64,000 nt of DNA from an uncultured delta proteobacterium (GTDB taxonomy: Bacteria > Desulfobacterota > Binatia > UBA9968). The translations under genes and the position numbers were made by a program. The stretch covers positions 1 through 64,000 of the forward strand of contig CAWJBB010000010.1 of NCBI GenBank assembly GCA_963840855.1. The letters run 5' to 3'. A model generated the notes under the pieces. The model made no database searches and was not told the origin of the DNA. It saw only the letters and a program-made list of their open reading frames with translations. Within the stretch, counting starts at the first letter, position 1, and every line of letters begins with the position of its first letter. Shown piece after piece: positions 1 through 9,380 of the stretch.

Positions 1-173
1 TACAGCAGTGTGCCGTCTTGATAGTACCCGACGATGATGGAATCTATGGGGTTCCCGGAAACGTATCCGCCGATCACTAACTCTTGGCCTCGGTTGATGC
101 GATACTTGAGCCACGCACCGCTTCGCTTGCCGGATTCATAGTACGAGTGCCTCCGCTTCGCGAGGATTCCCTC
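1..173 (-). pseudogene. Fragment of an ATP-dependent DNA ligase (LigD-type); paralogous copy of 8512-8683, runs off the window start
   Basis: Minus-strand translation EGILAKRRHSYYESGKRSGAWLKYRINRGQELVIGGYVSGNPIDSIIVGYYQDGTLL. Similarity to the second copy stops abruptly at 173. Confidence 0.8.
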
Positions 174-443
174 TACAAACACGGCGCTAAAGCATATTCT
201 CATCTCTTTGCTCAGCCGCTTTTAGATTGCTGAGAAATTTCTTGAGATGGTCGCATGTGACCAACAATCTTCCCGCGTTCTCATGTAAAAGGACAGAAGT
301 CCTTATGGCGGAAGGGGAGTAGCTATCTGGTTCCTCTAAAAACTGGTAGCTATGGACAAAAAAAGCCTTGGTGCGCGCAATTCCTGTCAACTCGTCTATA
401 ACAGAGCCTTGATATTCCTAGCTAAATGTTGACATTCATCAAC

Positions 444-458
444 TGGCATGAAGATTGG
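444..458 (+). promoter_or_regulatory. Possible sigma54 -24/-12 promoter (variant)
   Basis: TGGCATGAAGATTGG: correct GG-N10 spacing but GG instead of GC at -12; about 40 bp upstream of the ATG at 497. Confidence 0.35.
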
Positions 459-496
459 GTACGTTACCGAGCAACATCGAAGGAAAAGGAGAACCT

Positions 497-829
497 ATGA
501 GACACGTACTCATTACTTTTGTAGCTCTGCCACTCCTAATGGCATTTCTGGGCTGCTCTAGTATGACCACTACGCAAAAAGGGGCAGCAATCGGGGGATT
601 GGGAGGAGCCGCTGCGGGAGGCCTGGTCGGCAGTGCCGTTCGCCATCCGGTTGCGGGAGCGCTCATCGGTGGTGCGCTCGGAGCAGGAGGAGGTGCTCTT
701 ATTGGAAACCAACTTCAGGGCCACGAGGAGGTCCAGCAACAACAGCAACAAGAGATTAACCGGCAAAGCTATGAGGTGAAACGGCAGAGAGAGGAGCTGC
801 AGAGACTAAAGCAGCAGGGCGAGTACTGA
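497..829 (+). CDS. Glycine-zipper lipoprotein
   Basis: Signal peptide with lipobox FLGC, GAAIGGLGGAAAGGLVG/GALIGGALGAGGGALIG zipper, Gln-rich coiled-coil tail; AGGAG RBS. Confidence 0.8.
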   Translation: MRHVLITFVALPLLMAFLGCSSMTTTQKGAAIGGLGGAAAGGLVGSAVRHPVAGALIGGALGAGGGALIGNQLQGHEEVQQQQQQEINRQSYEVKRQREELQRLKQQGEY

Positions 830-1491
830 TACCAAATTCCGCCTTAACCCGAAGCATCGACGATCCCCCGCGGGAAAATTTGGCGAGAAAGTATGTTCAC
901 CGGCGAGGTGGCTTTATGAACTAATCGGGGAATTTACAAGACGTTTGTATTGGGAGAAAATGGCTCCCTGTCGTGAAACTGGGCGTTTAAGAATTGGGCA
1001 AGTAGCCTGGTGATCTTATTCCTCGTGGCGCTCTGCCCGTGGGCAAGATCACAAGCACCAGACAACTAAACACGTCTAGGTCGAGACCAAAGTCTATGAG
1101 TACACAACAAAAGAGTTCTTCTATTTGCAGTCGAGCAGAATTGCCCATCGCATGGAGTTGCGGACTTTAGTCGCTGACTCTGTTCTCACAAATCCAGAGC
1201 CAACTCCTCACTGGATCAGCCCAACGCCACTCGAACCGCGGGCCCACCGATAAAAAGATCGCTTTAAGTTCACCGCCCGGATGATGTCTCGGCAAGGACG
1301 ACCGACCGGTGGATATGACAAATCCGTTCTCTGAGACTTCGCCCTAAGAAAGACAAGAATTGCCGGAGCTTCCTGCTTCGAAGAGGCTCGCGGACGACAT
1401 ACGGGACAAAATTTCGTAGGGTCGGTAAAATTTTGTGGTTAACTCTCTCATCCACTCATTCTAACTCGTGATATTATTAACGGTTTCAGTT

Positions 1492-1506
1492 TGGCATGCT
1501 TGGTGC
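1492..1506 (+). promoter_or_regulatory. Sigma54 -24/-12 promoter candidate
   Basis: TGGCATGCTTGGTGC = GG-N10-GC, about 50 bp upstream of the ATG at 1558. Confidence 0.55.
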
Positions 1507-1557
1507 TTACAGCTCACATAGTCACTGGTGTGCGCAAAAAATAGATAGGGAGAAATT

Positions 1558-1875
1558 ATGAAGATTTCGACACTACTAAGGAAATTGCCAGTGTTCATGG
1601 CCATCTGCACTTTAGGACTCACAGCCTCTTCTGCTTTCTCACAGGACAAGGGTAAGGTGAAGGCAAAGGGTAAGCAAAAAACAGAAGCAAAGGAAAAACA
1701 TGGTCGTGTAGCGGGCGACCTGCCGTATGGTATACAGCATCGCACTGAGAAAAAAGGCGAACTTCCATCAGGGTTACAAAAAAAGAAAGAGGAAGATGGG
1801 CAACTAACGCGAGGTCTTGAGGATGGCGGTAAAAATTTAACGTCTACCAGCAAGGGGAAAAGGGATTCCAAATAA
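1558..1875 (+). CDS. Small secreted Lys-rich protein with LPxGLQK motif
   Basis: Signal peptide ending SAFSQ; GDLPYGIQ and GELPSGLQKK motifs; GGGAG RBS. Confidence 0.65.
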   Translation: MKISTLLRKLPVFMAICTLGLTASSAFSQDKGKVKAKGKQKTEAKEKHGRVAGDLPYGIQHRTEKKGELPSGLQKKKEEDGQLTRGLEDGGKNLTSTSKGKRDSK

Positions 1876-2155
1876 ATACCCGACTATGAAACACAAGAAA
1901 AATTCAATTCGCGTTGTTGTGCTTCTGGGGATTCTGGCAATTCTGGAAAGAACGTGTCGGGACAAAACACGTCGGGCGAAGGTATCGTCAGCGGTTCCAA
2001 CAAGTCCACGGGCCATGGCAATGCTTATGGCAAAGGGATTGTGACTGGATCAGGTCAAGCGAGAGGAAACAGCGGCATCACAACGGCTGGCGGTCATGGA
2101 AATTCCGGACAAGCCAAAGGTCATGGCAAGTAGTCTTTAAAGAAAGGAGACGGAA

Positions 2156-2605
2156 TTGAAACCGGCTCTAAATTCTATTGTTTTGCGGAAGGTAAAGGAG
2201 CAGCTATGCTTCCTTACTCTTGCCGCCGTTTCTCTGTTCGGTGTTGGGTCTGGAATTGCCTTCGCCAAAGATCGGCCCGCCTACTTTCTCCCGGAAGAGC
2301 GCAGGATAATTGAGAATTACTATCGATCCGGCGGCCCTTCGAAAGGTTTGCCTCCCGGTCTAGCAAAGAGAGGAGGAAAGCTTCCACCTGGTCTTCAGAA
2401 ACATCTTGATAAGAACGGGAGACTCCCTCCCGGACTGCAGAAGCGTTTAGAACCTCTACCGCACGATCTGGACTGGCGACTGCCTCGGTTACCGGACTAT
2501 TGGGAGAGAGTCATTCTCGAAAGAGATGTCATTCTCGTTGACCGGCGAAGTAACAGAATTCTCGATATCATTGAAAACGTAATTGGGCTGGCGACAGGAC
2601 GATAG
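2156..2605 (+). CDS. Secreted PPGLAKR/PPGLQK-repeat protein (RcnB/CigR-like)
   Basis: Signal peptide, three LPPGL(A/Q)K repeats and C-terminal RVILERDVILVD..RILDII; AAGGAG RBS before a TTG start. Confidence 0.7.
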   Translation: MKPALNSIVLRKVKEQLCFLTLAAVSLFGVGSGIAFAKDRPAYFLPEERRIIENYYRSGGPSKGLPPGLAKRGGKLPPGLQKHLDKNGRLPPGLQKRLEPLPHDLDWRLPRLPDYWERVILERDVILVDRRSNRILDIIENVIGLATGR

Positions 2606-2695
2606 AATTCCACTGCAGCATGGAACCCATGCGTGCACAACTGACAAATCACGACGTGTGTCGGAGAAAATGTTCAATTCGGTCTTGGAGGCAAA

Positions 2696-2830
2696 ATGAA
2701 AAAGAAAATGTTGCGTCTCTGTGCGTTGCTTTTGGTCGTCTTCGCCGTAGAAGGATGCGCAACGCTTCACGGCATGGGGGAAGATATACAGAACCTTGGG
2801 AGAGGCGTGAAAAAAACGGTATCCGGATAG
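2696..2830 (+). CDS. Entericidin EcnA/B-family lipoprotein (44 aa, missing from the ORF track)
   Basis: MKKKMLRLCALLLVVFAVEGCATLHGMGEDIQNLGRGVKKTVSG: lipobox plus the CxTxxGxGxDI signature; GGAGG RBS. Confidence 0.8.
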   Translation: MKKKMLRLCALLLVVFAVEGCATLHGMGEDIQNLGRGVKKTVSG

Positions 2831-3097
2831 GATGCTTAATGTCACGTCGAGCAAAATCCGGCCTAGGTAAACAGGCTTTCAACGCAAGACTTGTAGTAAA
2901 TGTGGCTTTGAGCCACAAATTATAATAATTGGCTGAAGTAGCGCTGCAAGTGAGGTGAGTCTCACGACCTTGCCGTTGACTGTGATACTAAATTCCAGCC
3001 CGCGCACATGCCAACAACTTCGTTTTCGCAACAAGACGATTGATTCGAAGGAGAAATCAGTTCAATCCTGGCATCGCTGCTTGGTTTTCTGCCATCA

Positions 3098-3767
3098 GTC
3101 GCGGTAGGGACCGCCCTTTCGAGCGGCCCCCCGCACAGATCCGTACGTGAGGGATTACCTCATACGGCTCTTACCTCGGGTTGATGACGGCCAGCCGCTC
3201 GTTGGGACACGGCTTGTCGTACGCGCCACAACCCCTGTGACTCGCATCCCCGGCTCTGTGTCCGGCGCGAGTGCGCTTGTGGTGCGTTCCCCTTGGTCGC
3301 CCTCCTTCCCTCTGCGGACTCCGCTGCCAACGCATACGCATCGACTTTGTTCGCCCGCTTCGTTGGTACTACGGGGCCGTCCGACTCCCTGCAAACGTGC
3401 ACGTCTAAATTACGGCTTTTGGCCTTCTTTGACCGTCCCACTCCTCCATCGAGTGTGGGCGTCTGCAGGGCCTCCCGGTTCTCGCGCATGGAGTTTCCCC
3501 ACATGCCTAGGGTCTCTGACTCCGCGGTGTCGAAGGACCGCTCGCGCCTATCGCTGCCCTTCATCTTGCCTTCCCCATATCAAAACAAGGTCGGCACACC
3601 GAAGTGGTGATTTCGGAGCTCCATACCTGGCCTGTGTGTACCCCTGTCAACGCTTCGCCCGCGTCCTTGCGGACCCGGACGCATGACTCGGAGCCAAAAT
3701 GGTGCGCTACTCCTTTCTTGTGCGGCTCTCTCATCCGCTACTCCATGCCGGTTTATCCCGGCGCATC
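3098..3767 (-). mobile_element. Group II intron lacking the RT/maturase ORF (about 670 nt)
   Basis: 5' end G(A)TGCGCCGGGATAAACCGGCATGG; domain V GAGCCGTATGAGGTAATCCCTCACGTACGGATC; domain VI hairpin ending CCCTACCGCGAC. Confidence 0.9.
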
Positions 3768-4185
3768 CTTGATCACCTTATACGCTCTCACTAACACATT
3801 CGGTGGAATTGTCAGGCCGATCAGCTTTCAGATTGATGATGAACTCGAACTTCGTCGGCTGCTCCACCAACCGATCGAGCACCTTGACGAAATGGATCCC
3901 GCTCGCGCTGCCACTCGCTGGATCGACATAGGAGATTGACTTCGCGGCGAGCAGCGTGCGTTTCAAGGCGTCTGGCGACGAGATATCGGGCTTGGGTGTG
4001 CCCTTGCGAATGGCCACGCTGATGCCGGCGCTGGCAAGCGCAGTCACGTTGTCCGCAGCCGCTTTGCCGTTCTTCACTAAGCGATCTGCCGGTTAGCGAT
4101 GACGACATCGGCGGCTTCGCAACCTTGAGCACGCTTTACGGCCGCGCCGGCAGTGGCGAACAAGATCGCGAGCTTGTGCGTCAAG
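3768..4185 (-). pseudogene. Chimeric remnant: ModA-like substrate-binding fragment fused to the C-terminus of an ABC substrate-binding protein
   Basis: GISVAIRKGTPKPDISSPDALKRTLLAAKSISYVDPASGSASGIHF joined to VEQPTKFEFIINLK..IPPNVLVRAYKVIK, with frameshifts. Confidence 0.65.
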
Positions 4186-4280
4186 GGGATTGTCTTTTTT
4201 TGATTTCCATCCTTTCGATCTCTATAACTCAGGGTGACTTCTCCGTTTTCGACTTGGAGAATGCGGTCATTGACGCATCG

Positions 4281-7211
4281 CTAGAAGACTTCGCGCCAAC
4301 CGATGAGTCTCCTCGTTGCTATGGGTGGCAGGGCCGTATTGGTTATCTGCTGGTTAGTGGTTCCAGTTATAATGTAGGGAATACCGACATTACCGTCCTG
4401 GTCGACGATCACCACCGGACGCGAAGGTATACCGGTACCGATGGTTCTGGCCGCCGCGGTTGCCGCTGTGCCGGCAGGCAATGCGCCTCCGCTGGTCAAA
4501 GCGATCGTGGCATCGCCTGTGGTTAGATTAACGCCATAGAGTTTCGCCGTACCGCTGCCACCGCCGCACTGCACGGCCGTGCTTGGCGTGTAAGTCGTAA
4601 AGAAAACCACGCTGGCGAACACATCGCTCGCGGCAAGCACTTTTTCGTTCGAACTTAAAACAATATAGTAACCCTGGGTGACGGTACCGCTGCCCGATGT
4701 CACATTGGTAAGTGACGATTCCTGGAAGTAGCTGCCCTGAGTCATGACGGCAACACCGTTAACCTCTGTGGTATCCTTGATGCCGTAAAAGCGGTTCGAG
4801 CTGGTATTGTTCGGGTGATTACGGTCGCCGGCGCCGAAAAAAACCCAGAGGTTTTTCGCTGCATCGTATGCAAGCGCGGGAGGTGAATAGATCGCTTGCG
4901 CCGGGTAGTACTCGCCGGCTGGCGGCGGATTAGCCTGAGCAGGCGAAGCGACGAAGAAACGTTTGCCTTTCTGGGAAGGAGTCCAGTTCGTAATTACTCC
5001 GCCGGAAATGATCGCTGGCGTCGAAACGTCGAACTTCCACAGCTGCCCGCCCACATCTCCGATATAAACGCGGTCGACATATCCATCGTTGTTGAGGTCC
5101 ACGGCAGTCGGCGTGGCTGCCAGGCTGAAGTTCATGTATTGACGATCATCAGAAACTGAACCTGGATTGTAGTACTCCCACAGCTTGGCGCCGGTATCCA
5201 CATCGATGATGTAGAAGGCTTTCCCTGAGCTATTGTTCGACGCAGTGTCGTATCCCCCACCTACGAAAGCTACGTGTCTATCGGTGTTATCCGACAATTT
5301 GATTTTGCCGATGGCGGGCTCCGACCAGGTCTCACCCATTCTGGCATCGGTCATGCTCCACTTATAGAGGGGGTTAGTCGTATCCGTGATATCCAGGGCG
5401 TAATAGTTTCTGCCGCCGCGGCGCAAACCGAACATTGTGATGGTCTTCCATGCCGGCGTCGCCCCGATCCTCACGTCTGCGGCGACAGGACTGCCGTCCA
5501 CGAGAAAGTCGTGCATTCCGGTCCGAGCGGCCACCTCCTTCAAATCGTCCAACTGGTCCGGCGGGACGAAACCCCACAGCTCCACACCGTCGCTTTCGCG
5601 AAACGCGTGCAGCATGCCGTCATTTGCTCCGGCAAGCAGTACGGCCGTACGGCTGGCATTATTGGTTTTGAACGTATTGTAGCTCGAGTCGTTGGATACC
5701 AAAAAAGGCGGCACCACCAGCACCGGCGTGGAGTGAAAGATATCGCCGAGCTTCCACGGCCTTGCTTCGCTCATGTCCAAGTCGACATCTTCATCATTGG
5801 TGTCCGGGGTGCCTCGGATAAAGTTGATGACTTTGTCGCGGGCTTCGCTCGCGCTGGTTGCCCCCAGCGGATAAGGCGCAGTATCCACCCCCATTACGGT
5901 AGTCGTCAAACCTGAAGTCGTCGTCGCGAAGTCTTGCTGCGAGGCGCCAACGAAGGTTTTGATAGTCCGGCTACTCGCCGACATCGTGCTGAGAGCTTGG
6001 CCGGCATCCCACGCCATAGATGAAGCCAGAGGAAATCCATTGGCATCGACCTGGATCAAACCGTCCGCATCACGGTTGTAGGCCTTTAAAAACCCGCGCC
6101 AGAAGGGCCGCGATGGATTCGAAAGAAACGATGCCAGATAGGCTCGCACAGTGCTCGCAGTGCCGGTTGTCGGCACAACTGGGGTGGCGAAGGAAAAGGT
6201 TGCCGCGAGAATCTGGCTAATAGCGGCCGCCAGAGCAAGCTCCAATTGGGCGGCGTTTTCCGCCTGGAAAAAGCTTCCGCCGCCCGCCGTAGCTTCGGCC
6301 TTCAATTCCTGGATCGCGCCGGCATCTTTGTCCGCCTGCGGCAGAGCAAAAGCAATGACGTGAGTGACGACATTTTGCATGCCCGCGTCGGTGCTGGAAT
6401 GATCGGTTGTGTAGAGAGCCTGTGCCTCTTGGACGTTATCCGTGCCAGTATTTCTGCCGTCGGTAATTTGAATCACGAAATTGGGTTGGCAGGCATACTG
6501 AATTGGACTGGACTCTCCCGACAAATGACCTTCGTAATAGTCGCCAGCATGCTGCAACTGCGGACCGAGCGGGTTCCCGGAGGAGTCCAACGGCATCGCG
6601 TTGAGCGAATTAATCAATGCCGCCTGGTTCGAGCTGGTCATGTCCCTGATGGGCTCTATCATAAACTGGCCGCCTGCGGCGTATTTCATTGCGCCGAAAC
6701 GGACGCCGGTTGTATTACTAATCACATTGGCCAGAGCTGTCTTCGCGACGCTAATTTTCGATTGCAATGTACCGCACGTCGTGCAAACCGTATAATTTAG
6801 ATAATTTCCATGATACAAACTGACCGAGGAGCCGCCGATCGTACCCGTCCAATATCCCACGCTTCGCAGCGATTGTCGCGCAGTACTGTCCGAAACGTCG
6901 TTGATATCAGCGGCATAATAAGCATAGCAGGGCTTCTGCAGACCCAAGCTTTTGCAACCCGGCGTGGAGTTCAGCCAGTAGTAGACCTGGCCCGTCGTGT
7001 ACGTCAACGGCGTGTTGTAAGTAGTGCTGGCGACGTACGGCGCCGAACTGATATCCTGGCTCATGTTCGTGGAGTTGGTCATTCCGATCATTACATTAGG
7101 TTTTACGTTGAAACCGAAGATATCGCTGTCATCGGCCAATGCCAACGTGAAATTCCAATAATTCCAGCAAAGAAACGTAAATATCTGCAGGATTGCGATT
7201 GCTTTTTTCAT
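4281..7211 (-). CDS. pilY1: Type IV pilus adhesin PilY1/PilC (vWA-like plus beta-propeller)
   Basis: Signal peptide; LGDIFHSTP, GANDGMLHAF, ELWGFVP, GETWSEP motifs; Ca-binding loop DLNNDGYVD; C-terminal WRE. Confidence 0.9.
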   Translation of the reverse strand: MKKAIAILQIFTFLCWNYWNFTLALADDSDIFGFNVKPNVMIGMTNSTNMSQDISSAPYVASTTYNTPLTYTTGQVYYWLNSTPGCKSLGLQKPCYAYYAADINDVSDSTARQSLRSVGYWTGTIGGSSVSLYHGNYLNYTVCTTCGTLQSKISVAKTALANVISNTTGVRFGAMKYAAGGQFMIEPIRDMTSSNQAALINSLNAMPLDSSGNPLGPQLQHAGDYYEGHLSGESSPIQYACQPNFVIQITDGRNTGTDNVQEAQALYTTDHSSTDAGMQNVVTHVIAFALPQADKDAGAIQELKAEATAGGGSFFQAENAAQLELALAAAISQILAATFSFATPVVPTTGTASTVRAYLASFLSNPSRPFWRGFLKAYNRDADGLIQVDANGFPLASSMAWDAGQALSTMSASSRTIKTFVGASQQDFATTTSGLTTTVMGVDTAPYPLGATSASEARDKVINFIRGTPDTNDEDVDLDMSEARPWKLGDIFHSTPVLVVPPFLVSNDSSYNTFKTNNASRTAVLLAGANDGMLHAFRESDGVELWGFVPPDQLDDLKEVAARTGMHDFLVDGSPVAADVRIGATPAWKTITMFGLRRGGRNYYALDITDTTNPLYKWSMTDARMGETWSEPAIGKIKLSDNTDRHVAFVGGGYDTASNNSSGKAFYIIDVDTGAKLWEYYNPGSVSDDRQYMNFSLAATPTAVDLNNDGYVDRVYIGDVGGQLWKFDVSTPAIISGGVITNWTPSQKGKRFFVASPAQANPPPAGEYYPAQAIYSPPALAYDAAKNLWVFFGAGDRNHPNNTSSNRFYGIKDTTEVNGVAVMTQGSYFQESSLTNVTSGSGTVTQGYYIVLSSNEKVLAASDVFASVVFFTTYTPSTAVQCGGGSGTAKLYGVNLTTGDATIALTSGGALPAGTAATAAARTIGTGIPSRPVVIVDQDGNVGIPYIITGTTNQQITNTALPPIATRRLIGWREVF

Positions 7212-7223
7212 GACTTCGCTCCC

Positions 7224-7706
7224 TTATTGCGATACCGGCCCAAACAGCGCTTGAGCCTCGATTTCCCGTCCCGCCATTTCGAACCCCGCCACCTCATAAG
7301 TTCCCGTCACGTTTATTTGGTACTGGTAAAACGTATATCCGGTGGCGTTGTATCCGGTCCCTGTATTGAGCGAATAACCGACTCCCTGTTGCTTGGCCAC
7401 GAGTTGTATCGGCTGCGGAGTGCCGGCGGTGCGGCTGCCGCTTCGATATTTCAAACCGTTTCCCATATCCACCGGTCCAAACGCCGCTATTGACGCTGTC
7501 GGATTCGCGCTCAATTGACTCATGCCCTGGCCGACCCCCGCATCGGCGACGTAAAACGCTCGCGTACCGCTCTGGTAACTCCCGGTAATCTTTGTGTTGA
7601 TGCCGCTAAAGAGAAGCCCTGCTCCGATAACGGCCGAGAGTATCGCCATAACCATTAGCACAATAGCGAGCGTCATCCCTCGATTATCCTTGAACTTGAC
7701 TGTCAT
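7224..7706 (-). CDS. pilX: PilX-like minor pilin
   Basis: Prepilin leader NRG/MTLAIVLMVM, AFYVADAG motif; directly upstream of pilY1. Confidence 0.75.
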   Translation of the reverse strand: MTVKFKDNRGMTLAIVLMVMAILSAVIGAGLLFSGINTKITGSYQSGTRAFYVADAGVGQGMSQLSANPTASIAAFGPVDMGNGLKYRSGSRTAGTPQPIQLVAKQQGVGYSLNTGTGYNATGYTFYQYQINVTGTYEVAGFEMAGREIEAQALFGPVSQ

Positions 7707-7903
7707 CTGTGTGCCCTTTCCTCTGGTACTTGGTGCCGATCTCAAGACTCGAGTCCGTGATGTGCAGATCGGCGCTGAACAACGTCTAAGATTCCTAACA
7801 TCGAAGTCGCGACCATCATTTCGCTGACTGTAATAAAATGAAGGATTTCTAATTGCGAAAACTATGCATGCATAGCCACGTTTTCATTGCCCGGTGATTG
7901 GGG

Positions 7904-7918
7904 GCAAGAAACGTGCCA
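7904..7918 (-). promoter_or_regulatory. Sigma54 promoter for pilX-pilY1
   Basis: Minus strand TGGCACGTTTCTTGC matches the TGGCACG-N4-TTGC consensus. Confidence 0.75.
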
Positions 7919-8033
7919 TGGCGCCAAGCAGATTATCGGCGCTGACGTTTGAGTTTAATTTGGGCGCTTTAGGAAAGTTTAGGCCAGAAGTTCGCAGGGG
8001 TCACGCAAACTTGAATGACGAAATAAGTTAGGT

Positions 8034-8047
8034 GACAAATAATTGTC
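8034..8047. promoter_or_regulatory. Palindrome; candidate enhancer-binding-protein site
   Basis: GACAA-N4-TTGTC about 120 bp upstream of the sigma54 motif. Confidence 0.35.
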
Positions 8048-8379
8048 GGCTAAAACCCCGATGGCGGAACGGTTTTCCGGCCGTCCTCCACTTCTTTTCG
8101 TTTCGATTTCACAAGAACAAACCGATTGAAATATTCTCAGTTGCCAAGACCTTGTCAAGGATATTAACCCGGCCTCTACCGCGGTCGGACTGAGGCTTTC
8201 AACACCAAAGGTTGAAGCCCAAGAGTTCTCGAAGAGTCATCATGTCGCCCTCGCTGGTTGCGAAACCGCTCCGGTGTCGAGTCGTTGCGCGTTGAAGTGC
8301 GGCTATTGCGGTTAGTCAGCTTGTGATTCTGGTGAATCCCAATCATCCGCGGTCGAATACGGGTCCGCTAGAACCATCT

Positions 8380-9217
8380 TCAAGGCCCACTGTGTGCGCT
8401 TTCGCTCCGGCAGATTCGCAAATGGACACCTGGCGATTTCTAGTCCCCTGAGCTTGGCTGCTACCGCGCGGCGGGTGTGCGGAACAAAGCCGTTTGCGCA
8501 CCTTGCCCGCATACAACAGTGTGCCGTCTTGATAGTACCCGACGATGATGGAATCTATGGGTTTCCGGAAACGTATCCGCCGATCACTAACTCTTGGCCC
8601 CGGTTGATACGATACTTGAGCCAAGCACCGCTTCGTTTGCCAGATTCGTAATATGAGTCCCTTCGCTTCGCGAGGATTCCCTCGAAGCCTAACTGTTTTG
8701 CGACGCGCACCAATTCCGCAGGCGTAGCATCAATCGTTTCTGACAGTCTTATGAGAGAAACCTTGCTACGGACTTTTTCAAATATTTCACTGAGCACCTT
8801 TCGCCGCTTTTCAAGCGGTACATTCAAGAGGCTTTTGCCTCGGCAGATGAAAACGTCGAAGGCGTAAAAGAGCAAAGCCTGTGCTTTTGAACGATGATGC
8901 TGAAGAAGATTGAATGAGACCCGACCGCTTTCATCGACGGCCACAATTTCGCCGTCGAGAAGCGTATCGGCTGGGAGGCGCTCGCAGCCGGTTGCAATAT
9001 GCGGGAACTGGGCGGTAAAGAGATTTCCTCTCCTTGACCAAAGCGTTACGCCATCGTTGTGTTTACCAGCAAGGCACCGGTAGCCGTCGAACTTTACCTC
9101 GTAGAGCCAGTCCTTGCCTTTAGGAAGGTTGTTGACTGCGAGCGCATTCATGGGTTCGACAAAACTGACTTCAGCGGCGGAACGGCGGTTGGCTTCCGTT
9201 GATTTGGCTCTCGGCAT
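8380..9217 (-). pseudogene. ATP-dependent DNA ligase (LigD/LigC ligase domain), frameshifted and 3'-truncated
   Basis: EVKFDGYR, LLDGEIV, YAFD, EGILAK motifs. The C-terminal part continues in other frames after about 8560 and then loses ligase similarity. Confidence 0.85.
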
Positions 9218-9380
9218 GTTGCTCTTTCAGTCTAGAGGAGCCTGAAGTGAATTGCGAATCAATAAACGCTCGATAGCGAGCAATGCAGAAGTGTTCGATT
9301 TCATTTTAGGGACCCACCCGATTTCAACGAAGGGGACCACTGAAATCGGCGGAGCGAAGCGACGAAGCGATTTTGACTGT

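Noticed and set aside
187-1455. Short ORFs 187-390 and 1270-1455 and a signal-peptide-like remnant near 990-1070
   Set aside because: No recognisable domain or convincing RBS; probably decayed island DNA.
3147-3686. ORFs 3147-3686, 3160-3564 and neighbours as proteins
   Set aside because: They overlie structured group II intron RNA; only the short ends of the intron-encoded protein are coding remnants.
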